Source: Comamonadaceae bacterium
Lineage (GTDB): Bacteria > Pseudomonadota > Gammaproteobacteria > Burkholderiales > Burkholderiaceae_C
Direction: 5' to 3'
Length of the DNA: 32,000 nt
NCBI GenBank assembly: GCA_027488115.1
Contig: JAIYCG010000048.1
Coordinates: 84,763-116,762, forward strand
Under the pieces are notes generated by a model that worked only from the letters and a program-made list of their open reading frames with translations, had not been told where the DNA came from and searched no databases. A program made the translations under genes and the position numbers. Each line of letters opens with the position of its first letter. The first letter of the stretch is position 1. This document shows positions 9,287 to 17,670 of the stretch, piece after piece.

Positions 9287-10624
9287 TTAATTTTTCAGCG
9301 AAACAGAAGTCAATGATGGATGGTCAATGCTTTGACGCTTTGATGCTTGCATTGCAAGAAGTTGACCTCGTTGCACATTAACCGGCATCAGCAACAGCCA
9401 GCCCAGCAAAAACAGACTTGTGGTGGCTGCAATGGCCAATCGCTGATTGCCATCGGTCAACCACGCAATGAGGCCAAAGCCCATCGGTCCCAAAATACTG
9501 GCTAAACGAATTGCAAATGCCCACAGACCAAAGAATTCAGCCAGGCGGTGGCTTGGAATGAACAAGGCAGCCATGGCCCTGCCCGTTGACTGACTGGAAC
9601 CCATGCATACGCCAGCCAATACAGCAGCCCACCAAAACATTTCTTTGCTGGTACTTAAGGCCGCCAAAACACAAGTAATGCCCCAGCCCCACAATGTGAG
9701 CGACAAAGCCAATTTATGGCCAATTCGGTCTTGGGCATAGCCCAAAACCAAGGAGCCAATGAGGGCAGCGATATTCAGTACAAAAATAAGCACCATGGTT
9801 TCTTGAGGCTGAAAACCAATGACCTGCTCTGCATAAATTGCCGCCAAGGTAATAGCAACGGCCACACCGCCCTGGTAAGCAACGGCACAAACCAACAATT
9901 GCATGAAGTCTTTGTAATTTTTTGCCTCTCTGAACGTCTGAACCAGTTGCTGCCATTTTCCACCCCCAGCGGGACGCGTCACTTGAGCTTGGGCATGTTC
10001 TTTGAGGAGCGCGAAAGTGACGCAAGCGGACAGTGCATAAATGGCGGCGGTCAATAGCATGGTGAAAGGCACAAACTCTCTCGCTGTTTGTCCTTGCGCC
10101 TGTGCATACAAAACATAGCCAAGGCAAAGGCCCAAGGTCAACATACCGCCGAGGTAGCCCCATGCCCACCCCCAGGCGCTGATTCGCCCCATGGCTTCTG
10201 GTTTAGCCAACTCTGGCAAGAATGCGGCGCTCAACGATTCGCCATAGGTATAAAAGCTGTTAGAAATAACGATAAAAACCAATGCCAAAAGAACCTCGCC
10301 AGGACCCACCCAAGCCAAGGCCGCAGTACTCAACACACACGCAGCAGTGACCGCCATTAAGAGCTTCTTTTTTGCAGCATGCCGATCGGCCCATTCGCCC
10401 ATGGCTGGCATGGTGAGCATGACAATGGCATATGAAAAACTGAGGGCGCTGGTCCAAGCCAAAGTAGCCCATTCGGCATTGTTGGCGACAGCACCTACAA
10501 AATAAGCTGCAAAAACGGCTGTGATGACAACGGTGGTGTAACCTGAATTGGCAAAGTCATACATGGCCCAAGCAAATACCTCCCTGCGCTTGACGCCAGG
10601 ATTGAGCATTTGATTGAAGCCCAT
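9287..10624 (-). CDS. MFS transporter, UMF1/Atg22-like family
   Basis: 445 aa with about 12 TM segments. The N-terminal motif KRREVFAWAMYDFANSGYTTVV is typical of the UMF1 family. Confidence 0.8.
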   Translation of the reverse strand: MGFNQMLNPGVKRREVFAWAMYDFANSGYTTVVITAVFAAYFVGAVANNAEWATLAWTSALSFSYAIVMLTMPAMGEWADRHAAKKKLLMAVTAACVLSTAALAWVGPGEVLLALVFIVISNSFYTYGESLSAAFLPELAKPEAMGRISAWGWAWGYLGGMLTLGLCLGYVLYAQAQGQTAREFVPFTMLLTAAIYALSACVTFALLKEHAQAQVTRPAGGGKWQQLVQTFREAKNYKDFMQLLVCAVAYQGGVAVAITLAAIYAEQVIGFQPQETMVLIFVLNIAALIGSLVLGYAQDRIGHKLALSLTLWGWGITCVLAALSTSKEMFWWAAVLAGVCMGSSQSTGRAMAALFIPSHRLAEFFGLWAFAIRLASILGPMGFGLIAWLTDGNQRLAIAATTSLFLLGWLLLMPVNVQRGQLLAMQASKRQSIDHPSLTSVSLKN

Positions 10625-10651
10625 AGAAGGTCCGCAGGTAAAGGTGATTTG

Positions 10652-11281
10652 TTAGTGCAAATGGCGAGGTCTGCGACCGCCACCGTGGCCGCCTTGTGGT
10701 CCACCACCACTGCCGCGAGGCGGTTTACCTAATTCGAGGGAACTGACCAAATCGTTAAAGCGTTCAGAGAACAACTTGTCGATTTCTTGAACCACGCCGC
10801 TCAGTTCGGAGCCGTCAAAATGGCGCTCCATAAGACCCACCACATCTTGAACCAGCAAATCGCGTTGGGCTTGCATGATGGCAGCAGGATCGGGACCAAC
10901 AAAGACGATTAAAAAGTCGTCTCGAGACTCGGAGCCGCGTGATTCATCTTCATCGTCAAACTCTGCGTCGTAAAAGGTAATTTCCAATTGGGCGCCGGCT
11001 GCTGAAACTTCGTTGAGGTTCATACAAAGATCGTCTAGCACTTGGCGGAAATCTTCGTCGCCTCGGGCTGTCCAACAAAGCTGGAGTTTGTGTTCTGCGG
11101 CTTCAAAACGAATGCCGGGCTCTTCTTCGTAAAGGCTTTGAGCGCCCTCGGTGAGGGATTTGGCGCCTGCATATTTCCAAAGGGGCCTGGTGGCTTCTTG
11201 AAGGGCTTTGAAATCCACGTCGTCTCGCAACAGGATTTCACCATGAACATGAATTTCAAGAGGTGCGCTGAAGGATGTCAT
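10652..11281 (-). CDS. hypothetical acidic protein with C-terminal Gly/Arg-rich tail
   Basis: 209-aa ORF with coding-like composition. I recognise no family. It has an acidic core (DAEFDDEDESRGSESRDD) and the tail PPRGSGGGPQGGHGGGRRPRHLH. It starts 18 nt after the tRNA-Leu 3' end. Confidence 0.55.
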   Translation of the reverse strand: MTSFSAPLEIHVHGEILLRDDVDFKALQEATRPLWKYAGAKSLTEGAQSLYEEEPGIRFEAAEHKLQLCWTARGDEDFRQVLDDLCMNLNEVSAAGAQLEITFYDAEFDDEDESRGSESRDDFLIVFVGPDPAAIMQAQRDLLVQDVVGLMERHFDGSELSGVVQEIDKLFSERFNDLVSSLELGKPPRGSGGGPQGGHGGGRRPRHLH

Positions 11282-11299
11282 GGCGGTCTACTTAGTCGA

Positions 11300-11393
11300 T
11301 GGTGCCCCGAGCCGGAATCGAACCGGCACGCCCGTTATTCACGAAAGCGGCGGATTTTAAGTCCGATGTGTCTACCAATTTCACCACCGGGGC
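11300..11393 (-). tRNA. tRNA-Leu (anticodon UAA), class II with long variable arm, CCA encoded
   Basis: The minus-strand read is GCCCCGG..GGUAGACAC..UCGGA-CUUAAAA-UCCGC..GCCGG-UUCGAUU-CCGGC-UCGGGGC-A-CCA. The acceptor stem is 7 bp including one G-U, the T-arm is canonical and the anticodon loop is CU-UAA-AA. At 94 nt it is long for tRNA-Leu (about 22-nt variable region). Confidence 0.85.
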
Positions 11394-11434
11394 TAAAGCT
11401 CTATTGTGCCTTCAAGTTGAGCTTTTTTAAAATA

Positions 11435-11458
11435 AAAAGCCCTCATTAGAGGGCTTTT
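11435..11458. terminator. rho-independent terminator hairpin (AAAAGCCCTC-ATTA-GAGGGCTTTT)
   Basis: Perfect 10-bp stem with a 4-nt loop and A/T runs on both sides. On the minus strand it lies 45 nt after the small ORF and just upstream of tRNA-Leu. Confidence 0.6.
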
Positions 11459-11502
11459 ATTGAGACCAAAGTGGAAGCTCTGAGCTCAATGGTCTCAAGG
11501 AC

Positions 11503-11673
11503 TTAGCCGCCTTTTTTGGCACGCTTTCCAGGATTTTTCTTGCTGCGTGTTGCGACGCCGCGCTCTAAACTCACACGCTGACCGCGGCCAGTTGTTGGCA
11601 ATGTGACGCCAGGCAATGCCTTTAAGGGCGGTGTGTATTTGCGATCAGCTTCGGTAACAATCTTATTGCCCAT
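11503..11673 (-). CDS. small basic hypothetical protein, 56 aa (below the ORF-track cutoff)
   Basis: ATG at 11673 is preceded by GGAG 7 nt upstream. It translates as MGNKIVTEADRKYTPPLKALPGVTLPTTGRGQRVSLERGVATRSKKNPGKRAKKGG and is followed by the 11435-11458 terminator. Confidence 0.4.
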   Translation of the reverse strand: MGNKIVTEADRKYTPPLKALPGVTLPTTGRGQRVSLERGVATRSKKNPGKRAKKGG

Positions 11674-11755
11674 CAGTGGCTCCAGGAAAAAAAGTTCAAG
11701 GCGATATTAAGCCACAGATTCAAGGCGCCTCAGACTGCACACCCCAAATTAGGTC

Positions 11756-13057
11756 TTATTCTTGCGAACTTTCTTGGAGTTCGCTCAAGGAATTCAAGGC
11801 CCTGACGCGTGAAAAACCAATGATGATGGCTTGAACTGAAAATCCTGCCACAACCACCAACAAACAGGCCAAGTCTGAAAACGTCTCGCCCACAAAACCA
11901 CCGAGTAAAGCACCAAGGGGCCTCGCGCCAGTACCGGCAACCATGTTGATGGCTGTGACACGCCCCATGAGGCTGTTTGGCGTGACGCTCTGACGCAGCG
12001 TGGTGGAGGTGATGGTCCAAATGATGGGGCCAAATCCGAATAAAAAATAAGCCAAACCTGCAACTGCCGGGGCTGGCCAAAAATGAGTCAGTGCCATGAC
12101 CACAGCGGCCAAGACAGAAAAAAGTGGCCCTAACAAAATGGCATTGCCAAATGTCATGCGTGCTACTATTTTAGAGGCCATGAGCGAACCCAAAACCATG
12201 CCAGCCCCATAGCACGCCAAAGTAAGGCCCACGGCACTCGAATTCATGCCCATGGTGCGAATGGCATAGGGCACATAGATGGCTTGCAAAACAAACCAAG
12301 AAATATTCCAAGCCACAGAGGTGATCAAGATAGGCCTCAACAGTTCGTGCATCCAGACAAAATGGGCACCCTCTTTAAGCTCTAGCCAAGGATGTCTCTC
12401 TGGGGCGGCTTGTCGAGTTGGCTCCTTGATTTGATTCAAGAAACCCAGCGCCGCCAATGAAAGCATGAGCGACAACACAAAGGACGTCGACGCTCCCATC
12501 CAAGCAATGAGAGCGCCAGCCAATGCGGGGCCACCCGCAAAAGCCATGCTCCTGGCCAACTCCAAGCGCCCATTGGCCTTGGCCAAATGCGCTCTGTTCA
12601 CCAACGCGGGCACCAAAGAAGGTGCACTGACACTGAAACCCACGGTGCCCACTGCGGCAAAAAATCCAGCAACTGCCAGCATCGGCACACTGATTTGATC
12701 GAGCAACAAGCCAGCAATCAAAACCATCAAGGCACCGACCCGAAGCATTTCGGACAGGAGCATGAGTTTTTTGCGCGACATGCGGTCGGCCAACAAACCC
12801 AAAGGCATAGAGAGCAGTAAAAACGGCAGCGATTGAACTGCGGCAATGACTCCGATTTGACCGGGGCCCGCTTGAAGCATGAGCACGGCCACAATGGGCA
12901 CAGCGGCCAAGGTGAGTTGCTCTGCAGATTGCGCCATCAAATTCGAAATAGCGAGCTTGTGAAAAGCGGGCGGGAGTGGATCATTGGGAAGACCATGCAT
13001 GGCGCCGCCGGGTTCTTTGAACATATTGTCTGATCCTGTTTTGAACTCAATTATCAT
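11756..13057 (-). CDS. MFS transporter (EntS/MFS_3-like)
   Basis: 433 aa with about 12 TM segments. The longest start (ATG 13057) is only 6 nt from the divergent ybaK-like ATG. The real start is probably internal (Met12 at 13024 or Met20 at 13000). Confidence 0.8.
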   Translation of the reverse strand: MIIEFKTGSDNMFKEPGGAMHGLPNDPLPPAFHKLAISNLMAQSAEQLTLAAVPIVAVLMLQAGPGQIGVIAAVQSLPFLLLSMPLGLLADRMSRKKLMLLSEMLRVGALMVLIAGLLLDQISVPMLAVAGFFAAVGTVGFSVSAPSLVPALVNRAHLAKANGRLELARSMAFAGGPALAGALIAWMGASTSFVLSLMLSLAALGFLNQIKEPTRQAAPERHPWLELKEGAHFVWMHELLRPILITSVAWNISWFVLQAIYVPYAIRTMGMNSSAVGLTLACYGAGMVLGSLMASKIVARMTFGNAILLGPLFSVLAAVVMALTHFWPAPAVAGLAYFLFGFGPIIWTITSTTLRQSVTPNSLMGRVTAINMVAGTGARPLGALLGGFVGETFSDLACLLVVVAGFSVQAIIIGFSRVRALNSLSELQESSQE

Positions 13058-13063
13058 TGAAAC

Positions 13064-13540
13064 ATGAGCATCCTATCCGTCCGAGAATTTTTCAAAGCCA
13101 AGCAACTCGATGTGCCCATCATTGAGTTGGAGGTCAGTACAGCCACCGTGGCATTGGCAGCAGAAGCCCATGGCGTTGAGCCCGGTCGCATTGCCAAAAC
13201 GCTTTCTTTTAAATTGAACGATGCTCGCGTGGTCTTGGTCGTGGCACGGGGCGATGCCCGCATCGACAACAAGAAGTTCAAGAATGTATTTGGCAAAGGG
13301 AAAATGCTCGGGCTTGAAGAGGTCTCTGAAATCACTGGACATCCTGTGGGAGGCGTTTGTCCATTTGGGCTGGCCAACCCTTTGCCTGTCTACATGGATG
13401 TCAATTTGAAAATCTATGACATCGTGATTCCGGCGGCAGGTTCGGTGAACAGTGCCGTTCGCATGAGCCCAGAAAAAATGGCAGACATTACCCAAGCGCA
13501 ATGGGTCGATGTCTGCCAAGCGGTTGAGCAACCCGAATAA
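13064..13540 (+). CDS. YbaK/EbsC-family aminoacyl-tRNA deacylase domain protein
   Basis: 158 aa. The motifs IAKTLSFKL...VVLVVARGDARIDNKKF and HPVGGVCPFGL are typical of the YbaK/ProRS-associated editing domain. Confidence 0.8.
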   Translation: MSILSVREFFKAKQLDVPIIELEVSTATVALAAEAHGVEPGRIAKTLSFKLNDARVVLVVARGDARIDNKKFKNVFGKGKMLGLEEVSEITGHPVGGVCPFGLANPLPVYMDVNLKIYDIVIPAAGSVNSAVRMSPEKMADITQAQWVDVCQAVEQPE

Positions 13541-13563
13541 ATCGGGTCGACAACTCATTCAAA

Positions 13564-15627
13564 TTACTTGCCGTACAAATAGTTGGGCAACCACAGAGTA
13601 AGCTCTGGCCAGATGTACATCAAGACCAAGCACAAGATCACGATCAACATGTAAGGCATCATGCCGGCAAAAATCTGATTGATGGTGACGTGCGGCGGCG
13701 ACACCCCTTTCAAATAAAAGGCAGACATGGCCACAGGTGGCGACAAGAACGCAGCTTGCAAGTTCACAAACACCATCACACCCCACAGCATGGGATCGAT
13801 TTGGAAGTGCGCCAGCAAGGGCAAGAAGATGGGCACAAAAATCACAATGATTTCAGTCCACTCCAAAGGCCAACCCAAGACAAAGATGATGGCTTGCGAC
13901 AAGAGCAAGAATTGGATGGGCGTGAGGTTAAGGGCCATGACCCACTCTTCAACCAAACGCTGTCCACCCAAAATGGCAAAAACCGCAGAGAACAAGGCAG
14001 AGCCCACAAACAACCAACACACCATGGAGGTGGTTTTAGCGGTCAGGAACACGGCTTGTTTGATCTTCTCAAAGTCTAGGGTGCCTGCAGACCATGCCAT
14101 CAGAAACGCACCTGCTGCGCCCACCGCCGCCGACTCGGTGGCGGTGGTAATGCCAAACAAGATGACGCCCAACACCACGAAGGTCAGGATACCGAGTGGC
14201 ATCACAGACTTCACCAACATGTTGAGAATTTCATACTGCTCGGCATCGAAATGCCAGTAGTAATAGGCCAGCAAGGCAACGCACAAACCACAGGCAATCC
14301 AGAAGCCCATGTAAAAGCCTTCAGGAACTGGTTCAGTTTTAGGCGCATCTGAAGTGTCACCGTCACCCAAGGCTTGAAGCGGCGCATCCGTTTCTTCCGC
14401 TTTTGCGCTGGTCATCTCAGCGCCAGGTGGCAATTGCACACCCTGAGATCCGGCACTGCTTTGAACTTTTTCTGCACCAGGCGGCTCTTGCACACCATTG
14501 GCACCGGGTGGCTCTTGGAGTCCGCCTGCGCCTGGAGGCTCTTGAAGCCCACCTGCAGCAGGCGGCTCTTTGAGTCCACCAGCGCCAGGTGGCTCTTGAA
14601 CGCCTGATCGCTCAGCAGCAACGGGCGCTGGAACTGCAGCGGCAGAAGATGCAGCTGCATCGGCAGGTGCTGCTTCCGTTTTGACTGTCTGTGTCGCCAC
14701 CACTTGTGCAGCGGCTGCGTTATTTTCTTCTTGCGAGTGAATGACCACGTACCACCACACAGTACCCATGGTTGCAACGGTCATCAAGATGGGTACCAAA
14801 CTCATCAGGAAACTCTTGGCCACAAAACCCCAAGTGACGACGACGCTGTCGGCTGATTTTTTCAGAACCCTTGCAGGGAACACGAAAGCCTGCATCAGTG
14901 CAATGAAGAATTTGGGGGCGTAATGATCCGCAATCTTTTGAACTTCGGGAGAGATAGGCGCCCGAGTTTGCTCCACCGGCAGTTTGGGGGCAATTTTGGG
15001 ATCAATAAGAACCCATCCAATGACGTAGATGAGGTAAAGCGCCGCCAAGAAAAAACCAGGAAACATGGCTGCTGCATAAAGCTTCACAACAGACTGTCCT
15101 GCAACTGCCGCATAGACAATGATCATCACGGATGGCGGGATCAGAATGCCCAAGGTGCCGCCCGCCGTGATGACACCGGCGGCCAACCGTGTGTCATAGC
15201 CGGCATTCAACATGGGCCGCATCGCAATGACGCCCATGAGCACCACGACCGCGCCAACCAAACCACTTGCAATGCCCCAGAAGGTACAAATGACCAAGGT
15301 GGCAACAGCCAAAGATCCAGGCAACTTGCGAAAAGCCAACTGCACGCTGTGGAACATTTTGTCAACCAATGCACCTCGCTCCATGACATAGCCCATGAGC
15401 ACAAACAAGGGAATTGACAATAAAACGTCGTTGGTCATGGCGCCAAAAGTGCGCTGAACCATGAGGTTGAAAACCTTGTTTTCAAACCAAGGTGCCGAAG
15501 GGTCGTAAAAGGCCGAAAAACCAAACACCATGCCCAAGCCCATCAGGGTGAACGCGGTTGGAAAACCCAACATGATCACCACCACGATAAGTGAAAGCAT
15601 CAAGAGGCCGAGTGCGGGATCGCTCAT
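13564..15627 (-). CDS. TRAP transporter large permease (DctM family) with large internal low-complexity insertion
   Basis: The N- and C-terminal parts are typical DctM membrane sequence (GTLGILIPPS, FVGSALFSAVF, AFLSPPVAMSAFYLKG). The protein is 687 aa versus about 430 aa for canonical DctM. Its start overlaps the DctQ-like stop (ATGA). Confidence 0.9.
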   Translation of the reverse strand: MSDPALGLLMLSLIVVVIMLGFPTAFTLMGLGMVFGFSAFYDPSAPWFENKVFNLMVQRTFGAMTNDVLLSIPLFVLMGYVMERGALVDKMFHSVQLAFRKLPGSLAVATLVICTFWGIASGLVGAVVVLMGVIAMRPMLNAGYDTRLAAGVITAGGTLGILIPPSVMIIVYAAVAGQSVVKLYAAAMFPGFFLAALYLIYVIGWVLIDPKIAPKLPVEQTRAPISPEVQKIADHYAPKFFIALMQAFVFPARVLKKSADSVVVTWGFVAKSFLMSLVPILMTVATMGTVWWYVVIHSQEENNAAAAQVVATQTVKTEAAPADAAASSAAAVPAPVAAERSGVQEPPGAGGLKEPPAAGGLQEPPGAGGLQEPPGANGVQEPPGAEKVQSSAGSQGVQLPPGAEMTSAKAEETDAPLQALGDGDTSDAPKTEPVPEGFYMGFWIACGLCVALLAYYYWHFDAEQYEILNMLVKSVMPLGILTFVVLGVILFGITTATESAAVGAAGAFLMAWSAGTLDFEKIKQAVFLTAKTTSMVCWLFVGSALFSAVFAILGGQRLVEEWVMALNLTPIQFLLLSQAIIFVLGWPLEWTEIIVIFVPIFLPLLAHFQIDPMLWGVMVFVNLQAAFLSPPVAMSAFYLKGVSPPHVTINQIFAGMMPYMLIVILCLVLMYIWPELTLWLPNYLYGK
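14419..14607 (-). repeat. in-frame 27-nt tandem repeats encoding (Q/K)EPPGAGG(L/V) units
   Basis: The GGCTCTTG anchor recurs at 14483, 14510, 14537, 14564 and 14591, an exact 27-nt period. More diverged units lie at about 14429 and 14456. The peptide is VQEPPGAGGLKEPPAAGGLQEPPGAGGLQEPPGANGVQEPPGAE. Confidence 0.85.
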
Positions 15628-16283
15628 GCTTGGCCTCCTTTTGCGCGCTGGTGAGCCGATTCTTCAATGTTTTTGGCATTGGCAATGGCTTCTAGGGCTG
15701 CGGCTTGGTCAACCAGGGTACTGCCAGCCAACTGCTGCTCCACCACATCAATTTCATCTGCGTCTTTCAGGCGCGGCGTCCAGACTCCAGTTCGAATGCA
15801 AACAATGCAACGGAAAATTTCAGCCAAACCTTGCATCAGCACAATGACGCCCGCCAAGGGAATGATTGATTTAAATGGGTACAAAGGCAATGGGTCGGCG
15901 TTGAACGTTTGTTCATGGATGGCCCATGAATCGGCTGCGTAATTCCAGCCTGCCCAAGTTAGGGCAATGACTCCAGGGATGAAGAAAATAATGTACAAAA
16001 CAAGGTCGAGCCATGCTTGTGTTTTAGGCTTGGCACTGCCATAAAAGAAGTCACCTCGAACGTGTCCATCTTGACACAGGGTGTAAGCACCGCCCATCAT
16101 AAAAAGGGTGCCATACATCATGTTACTGGCATCAAAAATCCAGGCTGTCGGTGCATTCAGCGCATAGCGCTTAAAAACCTCCACAACCACTAAAAGCATA
16201 AGCCCAACAATGAGCCAAGCAAATGCTTTTCCAACCCAAGTGCTGATTTGGTCAGCCGTGTGGAGCAATGTTTGCGTATTCAT
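15624..16283 (-). CDS. TRAP transporter small permease (DctQ family) with C-terminal soluble extension
   Basis: 219 aa with four TM segments. It sits between the binding-protein gene and the large permease gene. Confidence 0.8.
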   Translation of the reverse strand: MNTQTLLHTADQISTWVGKAFAWLIVGLMLLVVVEVFKRYALNAPTAWIFDASNMMYGTLFMMGGAYTLCQDGHVRGDFFYGSAKPKTQAWLDLVLYIIFFIPGVIALTWAGWNYAADSWAIHEQTFNADPLPLYPFKSIIPLAGVIVLMQGLAEIFRCIVCIRTGVWTPRLKDADEIDVVEQQLAGSTLVDQAAALEAIANAKNIEESAHQRAKGGQA

Positions 16284-16306
16284 ATAAAACCATCAAAAGT
16301 AAAAAG

Positions 16307-16333
16307 ACCCATCCAGAACAAGCCTGGATGGGT
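16307..16333 (-). terminator. intercistronic hairpin/attenuator between binding-protein and permease genes
   Basis: ACCCATCCAG-AACAAGC-CTGGATGGGT forms a 10-bp stem. On the minus strand it is followed by CTTTTTACTTTTG. Confidence 0.5.
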
Positions 16334-16356
16334 ATTTTACGAAAACAAAAAAGCGC

Positions 16357-17475
16357 TTAAGCCTTCTTAGGAGCGGGCTTGGAGAAATAACGGTTGTAGG
16401 CCATTTTGAAATCGACCATGTAGTCGTTTTGCCACTGACCTGCACGCTCTGCGAAAGCCATTTGTGAGTCCATGACTTTCTTGAAGAATGGATTCTCTAG
16501 AGACTTCTTAGCAACCACTTTGTCCCATGCGTCTAACTGGGCTTTCAAAATGGCATCGGGTGTTTTGTAGAACTTGATGCCTTGCTTTTTCATCTCAGCG
16601 TAGTCTTTAGAGTTACGGTCGATGGCTTTCCAGCTCATTTCGGCTGAAGACGCTTGAACCGCATAGTCAATGATGGACTTCAACTCGGTTGGCAATGCAT
16701 TGAGCTTGCCTTTGTTGAACAGAATTTCAAACTGCTCGCCGCTTTGATGGAAGCTTTGCAACATGCAGTTTTTAACCACATCTGGGAAGCCCAATACACG
16801 GTCTGAAGACGCATTGTTGAATTCAGCCGCGTCAATCAGACCACGATCAAGGGCAGGCACAATCTCGCCGCCTGGCAAGGGGTTCACTGAAGCACCCAGT
16901 TCTGTGAAGATATCGACAGCCAAACCAACGGTACGGTACTTCAAGCCCTTCAAATCGGCTACTTTGGCAATTGGCTTCTTGAACCAACCCAAGGGTTGTG
17001 TCGGCATGGGGCCATAGACATAGGAAGCAACGTCAATGTTCAGTGACTTGTAAATTTCTTCGAGCAGCTGTCTGCCGCCGCCATAGTTGTGCCAAGACAG
17101 AACCATGTTGGGATCCATGCCGAATGCAGGGCCAGAACCCCACAAAGCCAAAGCAGAGCTCTTGCCATAGTGATAAGCCAGCACGCCATGGCCGCCATCC
17201 AAGGTACCCTTGTTCACGGCATCCAACAATTGGAAGGCAGGAACCACAGCACCTGATGGCAAGACTTCAATTTTCAAACGGCCACTGGCCATGTCGTTGA
17301 CTTTTTTAGCGAAGTCATTGGCATATTCGTGAAAAATGTCTTTGGCAGGCCAAGTACTTTGAAATCTCAAGCTGACGGTGTCTGCTTTGGAAATCATGGG
17401 CGCTGCAAGCGCGCCCGCTGCCACAGCGCCTTTTAAAAGGCCGCGGCGAGAAGAGGAAGTTTTCTTTTCTGTCAT
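16357..17475 (-). CDS. TRAP transporter substrate-binding protein (DctP family, Tat signal)
   Basis: The twin-arginine leader SSRRGLLKGAVAAGALAAP is present. AGGAG Shine-Dalgarno lies upstream of ATG 17475. The general DctP-family layout resembles the COG4663-type subfamily. Confidence 0.85.
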   Translation of the reverse strand: MTEKKTSSSRRGLLKGAVAAGALAAPMISKADTVSLRFQSTWPAKDIFHEYANDFAKKVNDMASGRLKIEVLPSGAVVPAFQLLDAVNKGTLDGGHGVLAYHYGKSSALALWGSGPAFGMDPNMVLSWHNYGGGRQLLEEIYKSLNIDVASYVYGPMPTQPLGWFKKPIAKVADLKGLKYRTVGLAVDIFTELGASVNPLPGGEIVPALDRGLIDAAEFNNASSDRVLGFPDVVKNCMLQSFHQSGEQFEILFNKGKLNALPTELKSIIDYAVQASSAEMSWKAIDRNSKDYAEMKKQGIKFYKTPDAILKAQLDAWDKVVAKKSLENPFFKKVMDSQMAFAERAGQWQNDYMVDFKMAYNRYFSKPAPKKA

Positions 17476-17670
17476 GGTTATCTCCTAATGGTAAATTTGA
17501 ATAGCAACCACGCATAATGCAACCAATCAGCCGCACAAACGCTTAGGGAAAACACCAAATTAAATACAATTTGTAGAAGATTGTCACAAAAATAACACGA
17601 AAACCCCCACTGGAAAACAAACAATAGGGACTCGTGTTAACCGCTCATTCCAACAACTGAAAGATGACTC

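Noticed and set aside
9714-10472. Antisense and alternative-frame ORFs up to 151 aa inside the UMF1 MFS gene.
   Set aside because: These are shadow ORFs of a well-supported 12-TM transporter frame. Their translations are Arg/Cys/Gly-rich, as expected for out-of-frame reading.
13073-13558. 161-aa minus-strand ORF exactly opposite the YbaK-like gene.
   Set aside because: The plus-strand frame carries the recognisable YbaK/EbsC motifs. The antisense translation has no recognisable features and is rich in Arg/His/Cys.
14419-14607. Regular 27-nt periodicity, considered as a CRISPR-like or intergenic repeat array.
   Set aside because: There are no unique spacers. The units are contiguous, in frame and inside a DctM-family ORF, so this is a coding tandem repeat.
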